Below are positions 59,673 through 64,000 of a stretch of DNA of 64,000 nucleotides, piece by piece. The DNA comes from Vicinamibacterales bacterium (lineage in GTDB: Bacteria > Acidobacteriota > Vicinamibacteria > Vicinamibacterales > 2-12-FULL-66-21): assembly GCA_036257535.1 (NCBI GenBank), contig DATAFJ010000027.1:20636-84635 (forward strand), written 5' to 3'. Within the stretch, counting starts at the first letter, position 1; the number at the start of each line of letters is the position of its first letter. The position numbers and the translations under genes are program-made. The notes below the pieces were generated by a model. It did no database searches. It saw only the letters and a program-made list of their open reading frames with translations, and was not told where the DNA came from.

Positions 59673-62221
59673 AGTTCGCCCTCCTGATGGCCGTCCGCGA
59701 GACGCGGGCCTCGTGGCGCCGCCTGCTGTTCTTCTTCGCCTGTGTGGCGCTCGGCGTCGCGACGATCGTCGCGCTTCGCTCCGTCATTCAGAACGTGCGG
59801 GAGGGAATCGCCGGCGAGGCGCGAACGCTGCTCGCGGCCGACGTCGTGCTCTTTACGAACCGGCCCTGGGAAGAGGGGACGCGCAAGCTGCTCGAGTTGC
59901 GGCTGTCCACACCGGCCGTCCAGGAGCGCACCGAGACTGTCGAGACAGCGACGATGGCGCGGCCGGCGGTGGAGCGGAAGCCGATTGCGCGCATGGTGGA
60001 GCTGCGCGGTGTCCAGCCGGGATTTCCGCTGTACGGCACGCTCAAGCTTGCCGACGGCCGTCCCTATTCGTTCGATCTCCTGCGCGGGGGCGGCGCCATC
60101 GTGCGCCCGGAGCTCCTGGCGCAGCTCGATGCGAAGGTTGGCGACGAGGTCCTGTTCGGCGGGAAGGCGTTCCGAATCCGCGGCGTCATGACCGAGGAGC
60201 CCGGGAACCGGTCGGGGCCTTTCAGCCTGGGATCGCGCGCAATCGTCGCGCTCGACGATCTGCGCGGCGCCGGGCTGCTCGCATTCGGGAGCCGCGCGCG
60301 GCACGCGATGTTGCTCCGCGTCCGATCGGAGTCGGACGCGCGCGACCTCGTCGAGCGGCTGCGCGCCGATTTCCGCGATCGCTTCGTGAGCGTCAGATGG
60401 TACCGGGCCACTGAAGAAGACATCGGCGAAGAGCTGCAGCGCGCAGAGAATTATTTGAGCCTCGTCGGCCTGGCCATGGTTGTTCTCGGCGGCGTCGGCG
60501 TCTGGAGCGTGACGCGCGTCTTCATTCAGCAGAAGATGCGCAGCATCGCGGTGCTCAAGTGTCTGGGCGCCAGCAGCCGCCAGGTGCTTGCAACGTATCT
60601 CGTGCAGGTGACGTTTCTGGCTCTTGCCGGCAGCGGTCTTGGCGTCCTCATCGCCGCGGTCGCCATCGCCGCGATTCCTGACTCACTCGCTGCATCGCTC
60701 GGCGCCACATCTTACGGACTGACGCCATCCGCCGTGCTTCAGGGCACCGCGGTCGGGCTTCTCGTCTCGCTCCTCTTCGCCGTGGTCCCGTTGCTCGAAG
60801 TGCGGCGCGTAAAGCCGCTCCTCGTGCTCAGGCAGGGAATGGGATCTGGAAACGAGCCCACGACGGGTCGACGGTTCCGCAACATCGACTGGCTCACGGT
60901 TGTCTCAGCCGCGCTCGTATCGATTGCGCTCGCGGCCGTCGCGAGCTGGCAGGCCGGCTCGGGACGTGTCGGTGCGATCGTGACGCTCGCTCTTGCGGGG
61001 ATCGCCATCGTGCTCGTCGGTGCCGGCGCCGGGCTCGTGCGCGCCGTGGCGCCGCTCAGCTGGTCGCGCCGGTTCGCGGTTCGCCACGCCGTCATCAACC
61101 TGCGCCGGCCGGGCAACCAGACACGCGTCATCCTGATGGCCGTGGGCCTCGGCGCCTTCTTCGTCATCGGCGTCCGCGTCATCCAGGCCAACCTGCTGCG
61201 CGAGATCGCGATCGAGCTTGGGGAGGACACGCCGGACATGTTCCTCGTGGATGTCCAGCAGGATCAAATGGCCGGGATCCGGGCGCTGATGCTCGACAGG
61301 ACGCGGATCGAGCCGAAGCTCGTTCCGGTCCTCCGTGCGCGGGTGGTCGGCGTTCGCGGCCGGGACGTGAACCTCGACAGCTACGAGGACGTTCGCGGCC
61401 GCGGCTCGCTCGGCCGCGAGTACGTGATCACGTATCGCGATCGCCTCGAGGAGAACGAGACCATGCTCGACGGCGCGCTTTGGAGCCCTGGCGCGACGGA
61501 TGCGCAGGTCTCGATGGAGGATGGGATCCGAGAGCGCTTCGGCGTCCAGCTCGGGGACGAGATCCGGTTCGACGTGATGGGGCGCATCATCGCCGCGAAA
61601 GTCACCAGCGTGCGGCGGGTCGACTGGGACCAGGCGAGGAGCGGCGGTTTCATGTTCGTGTTCAACCCGCACACGTTCGCGCGGGCACCGCATGCCTACA
61701 TCGGCTTCGTCAGGGCGCCGTCCGCGGCGGAGGATCGCGCGCGGCTGCAGCGCGATCTCGTGGCCGCCTACCCGAACGTCTCCGTCATCGACATCAGGGA
61801 AATCCTCGACCGCGCGCGGACGATCATCGACAACATTTCGCTCGCGATTTCGATCGTCGGCTTCGTGGCGCTCGCCGGCGGTGCGCTGATTCTTGCCGGC
61901 GCGGTCGCGATGACGCGCTTTCAGCGCGTCTACGAGGCCGCGATCCTGCGCACGCTCGGTGCGACGTCGCGCCGGCTCGCCGCCATGCTGGCGTTCGAGT
62001 ACGGCCTGCTCGGTCTGCTCGCCGGGACGATCGGCTCTGCCGGCGCGGCCGCGCTCGGCTGGGCGGCCGCGAGGTATCTCTTCGACATGGACTGGTCGCC
62101 CGCGCCCGGCATCAACGTCCTCGGCGTGTTGATCACGGCTGCGCTCGTCTGCGGTATCGGTATCGGCGCGAGCCTAGAGGTACTTCGCAGGAAGCCCTTA
62201 GGAACCCTCCGAGCCGAGTGA
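59669..62221 (+). CDS. ybbP: FtsX-like ABC transporter permease, duplicated (YbbP-like, 850 aa)
   Basis: ATG 59669 overlaps the upstream stop (ATGA). Two FtsX-type 4-TM modules (around aa 270-400 and 720-850), each preceded by a large periplasmic loop. Confidence 0.9.
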   Translation: MKFALLMAVRETRASWRRLLFFFACVALGVATIVALRSVIQNVREGIAGEARTLLAADVVLFTNRPWEEGTRKLLELRLSTPAVQERTETVETATMARPAVERKPIARMVELRGVQPGFPLYGTLKLADGRPYSFDLLRGGGAIVRPELLAQLDAKVGDEVLFGGKAFRIRGVMTEEPGNRSGPFSLGSRAIVALDDLRGAGLLAFGSRARHAMLLRVRSESDARDLVERLRADFRDRFVSVRWYRATEEDIGEELQRAENYLSLVGLAMVVLGGVGVWSVTRVFIQQKMRSIAVLKCLGASSRQVLATYLVQVTFLALAGSGLGVLIAAVAIAAIPDSLAASLGATSYGLTPSAVLQGTAVGLLVSLLFAVVPLLEVRRVKPLLVLRQGMGSGNEPTTGRRFRNIDWLTVVSAALVSIALAAVASWQAGSGRVGAIVTLALAGIAIVLVGAGAGLVRAVAPLSWSRRFAVRHAVINLRRPGNQTRVILMAVGLGAFFVIGVRVIQANLLREIAIELGEDTPDMFLVDVQQDQMAGIRALMLDRTRIEPKLVPVLRARVVGVRGRDVNLDSYEDVRGRGSLGREYVITYRDRLEENETMLDGALWSPGATDAQVSMEDGIRERFGVQLGDEIRFDVMGRIIAAKVTSVRRVDWDQARSGGFMFVFNPHTFARAPHAYIGFVRAPSAAEDRARLQRDLVAAYPNVSVIDIREILDRARTIIDNISLAISIVGFVALAGGALILAGAVAMTRFQRVYEAAILRTLGATSRRLAAMLAFEYGLLGLLAGTIGSAGAAALGWAAARYLFDMDWSPAPGINVLGVLITAALVCGIGIGASLEVLRRKPLGTLRAE

Positions 62222-62256
62222 TGCTGTTGGGGTGGGCCCCAGCGCGAAGGAGAAAG

Positions 62257-63006
62257 ATGGTCAACCACGAAATCATCGGCGACGACATGCAGGCGGTCAT
62301 CCTGTCGTTGACGCAAGGGGACGCGGTTCGCGCCGAAGCGGGCGCGATGATGTTCATGACCGAGGGCGTCGAGATGGACGCCAGGATGGACGGCGGGCTG
62401 CTCGGCGGCCTGAAGCGCGCGCTGCTCGTGGGTGAGAGCTTCTTCATCACCTGGTTTCGCTGCGAGGCGCCGAAGGCGCGCGTCGCGTTCGCCGGGCCGT
62501 ATCCAGGCAAGATCATCCCGATCGATTTGAAGGGCAGTCAGATCCTGTGCCAGAAGGACGCGTTCCTCTGCGCCGTCGGTGACATCGACATCAGCGTGGC
62601 GTTCACCAGGCGTCTCGGCGCCGGCTTCTTCGGCGGTGAGGGGTTCATCCTCCAGAAGCTGGAGGGAACCGGCCTCGTATTCGCGCATAGCGGCGGCACG
62701 ATCGTCACCATGGATCTCGCGCAGGGGGAGCGGGTGAAGGTCGACACCGGCTGCCTCGTCGCGTTTCAACCGACCGTCGACTACGACATCATCCGGGTCG
62801 GCGGCATCAAGACCAGCCTTTTCGGAGGCGAAGGCCTTTTCTTCGCGTCCCTGACGGGACCCGGGCGCGTCTGGCTCCAGACGCTGCCGTTCTCGCGTTT
62901 CGCCGATCGCGTAAACGCGGCGCAACGGGGCGACCGCGAGGACGTCAAACGTGACCTCGGGGGCATGCTCGGCGGCCTCGGCGACTTGATCGGCGGCGAT
63001 CGCTGA
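62257..63006 (+). CDS. TIGR00266/AIM24-family (DUF124) protein
   Basis: ATG 62257 after AAGGAGAAAG. GAMMFMTEGVEMD, GESFFITWF, GEGFILQKLEGTGLVFAHSGGTI, GEGLFFASLTGPGRVWLQTLPF. The tracked 508-aa ORF is an out-of-gene extension over ybbP. Confidence 0.85.
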   Translation: MVNHEIIGDDMQAVILSLTQGDAVRAEAGAMMFMTEGVEMDARMDGGLLGGLKRALLVGESFFITWFRCEAPKARVAFAGPYPGKIIPIDLKGSQILCQKDAFLCAVGDIDISVAFTRRLGAGFFGGEGFILQKLEGTGLVFAHSGGTIVTMDLAQGERVKVDTGCLVAFQPTVDYDIIRVGGIKTSLFGGEGLFFASLTGPGRVWLQTLPFSRFADRVNAAQRGDREDVKRDLGGMLGGLGDLIGGDR

Positions 63007-63118
63007 CCCGGCCTCCGAGGTCTCCATTCTGGATTCTGCGTTCTCCTCGCGCTATGATGGGTATTTGTCCGGCCCCCGAAATCGCGTCTGCTCGGGGCGC
63101 CGCGGAGGAGACCTTGGT

Positions 63119-63460
63119 ATGGACGTGACGGTCTACAAGGAGGCGCTGCTCCGGAAGCGGGGAGAGATCCAGGCCTCGGGCGGCGGGGCGGCCAAGCCGT
63201 TACAGGCGTCGATGGAGACCAACACGCGGCAGGGTGACCTCGCCGACCAGGCGAGCGGGAACAACGAGGTCCACATTCAGCTCAAGCTGAAGCAGACCGA
63301 CGCGAAGATCCTTCAAGCGATCGAGGAAGCGCTCGCGCGCATCGAGAAAGGCACCTACGGCATCTGCCGCGACTGCGGCGAGCCGATCGCTCCCGCCCGC
63401 CTGAACGCGATCCCGTGGACGCGGGTGTGCATCACCTGCAAGGAAAAGCAGTCGGCGTGA
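63119..63460 (+). CDS. dksA: DksA/TraR-family C4 zinc-finger protein
   Basis: ATG 63119. Coiled-coil region, then GTYGICRDCGEPIAPARLNAIPWTRVCITCKE (CxxC-X17-CxxC). Confidence 0.85.
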   Translation: MDVTVYKEALLRKRGEIQASGGGAAKPLQASMETNTRQGDLADQASGNNEVHIQLKLKQTDAKILQAIEEALARIEKGTYGICRDCGEPIAPARLNAIPWTRVCITCKEKQSA

Positions 63461-63930
63461 GGCCCGCGGAGATCCGAACGCTGCTCGAGCAGATCTACCT
63501 CGAGAAGCTGGCGCTGCAGCAGCGCCACGTCGCGGGCGCACGCTGCGTCAGCGACTACGACATCAACAACACCTACCAGTACGTCATCAACCGCGAGGAC
63601 GTGCACCTCGCGTGGCTGCGCGACGCGATTGCCGCCGCCGGCGGTTCGCTCCCGGCGGCGCCTGCCGTCGAGATCAAGGACGGCTCCATGCCGGCCGTCC
63701 TGGTCGAGGATCGCGATCGGGCGACGGCGTTCATCGAGCGCTGGAAGGGCAGGATCCCGGCCGTCACGAACGCGAGACATCGGACGATGCTGGAGCTGTT
63801 GATGGGCGAGACGCGGGAGCACGAGCGGTTCTTCGCACAGGCGGCAGCCGGCCGGAGCGATCTGCTCGGCCGCCGCGCCGACGGGATGGGCACCGGTGGG
63901 GGCGTCCTCCCGACCCGCTGGGTCGAGTAG
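63457..63930 (+). CDS. Hypothetical helical protein (157 aa)
   Basis: GTG 63457 overlaps the dksA-like stop (GTGA). No family recognised. High GC3. Confidence 0.5.
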   Translation: MRPAEIRTLLEQIYLEKLALQQRHVAGARCVSDYDINNTYQYVINREDVHLAWLRDAIAAAGGSLPAAPAVEIKDGSMPAVLVEDRDRATAFIERWKGRIPAVTNARHRTMLELLMGETREHERFFAQAAAGRSDLLGRRADGMGTGGGVLPTRWVE

Positions 63931-64000
63931 CGCACGCTGCGCCGTTGCGCTCGGGAGCAACCTCGGCGACCGCCGCGCCCACCTGGACTTCGCCGTCGCG
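63896..64000 (+). CDS. folK: Probable 6-hydroxymethyldihydropterin pyrophosphokinase, N-terminal fragment (runs off the right edge)
   Basis: My translation of the last ~60 nt gives VALGSNLGDRRAHLDFAVA, the characteristic HPPK N-terminus (LGSNLGD). The GTG 63896 start is a guess. Only ~35 codons are visible. Confidence 0.45.
   Translation, partial: MGASSRPAGSSSARCAVALGSNLGDRRAHLDFAVA

Noticed and set aside
61480-62256. N-terminal 259 codons of the tracked 508-aa ORF 61480..63006
   Set aside because: This part lies out of frame over the ybbP-like permease gene and is Arg/Gly-rich. The AIM24-family sequence and a strong AAGGAGA RBS begin at ATG 62257.

Overview
Very GC-rich, densely packed chromosomal segment. 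I did not compute the GC value. The gene content suggests a soil Acidobacteriota- or Gemmatimonadota-like bacterium, but that is inference only. I support about 75 CDS, including two edge-truncated ones, and one tRNA-Leu(UAA). I saw no rRNA, CRISPR, transposase, integrase or phage genes. Many tracked ORFs are antisense or out-of-frame shadows typical of high-GC DNA, and many tracked starts are too far upstream. The track also translates GTG/TTG starts as M. Recognisable blocks: (1) a leucine/isovalerate catabolic operon on the minus strand (zinc-ribbon mini-ORF, mccB, methylglutaconyl-CoA hydratase, a split mccA, HMG-CoA lyase); (2) a sigma54 enhancer-binding response regulator followed by a YtxH/DUF948/YtxH trio, YihY and an M48 peptidase; (3) two ECF sigma/anti-sigma pairs; (4) envelope and peptidoglycan genes (two L,D-transpeptidases, M23 peptidase, a peptidase-TolB-Omp85 fusion, NfeD-SPFH, tesA-ybbA-ybbP); (5) four orphan CheY-like receivers with no histidine kinase recognised in the window; (6) a prepilin-type pilin gene with a near-consensus sigma54 promoter. 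The main unexplained signal is non-coding. These are families of short tandem repeats, mostly heptamers such as GGGGCTT, GGCATTN and GAATGCT/GATTGCT. They usually start at a stop codon, with the G-rich strand on the sense strand of the gene that just ended. At three co-directional gene junctions they make up the entire stop-to-start spacer. Related repeats also flank a lower-GC four-helix-bundle (23S rRNA IVS / Avd-like) gene as inverted arms, and others appear inside coding linkers. Stop/start overlaps (ATGA, GTGA, TGATG, TAATG) are pervasive, so several multi-gene units are probably translationally coupled. All calls come from reading the sequence and the ORF track; no searches were run.
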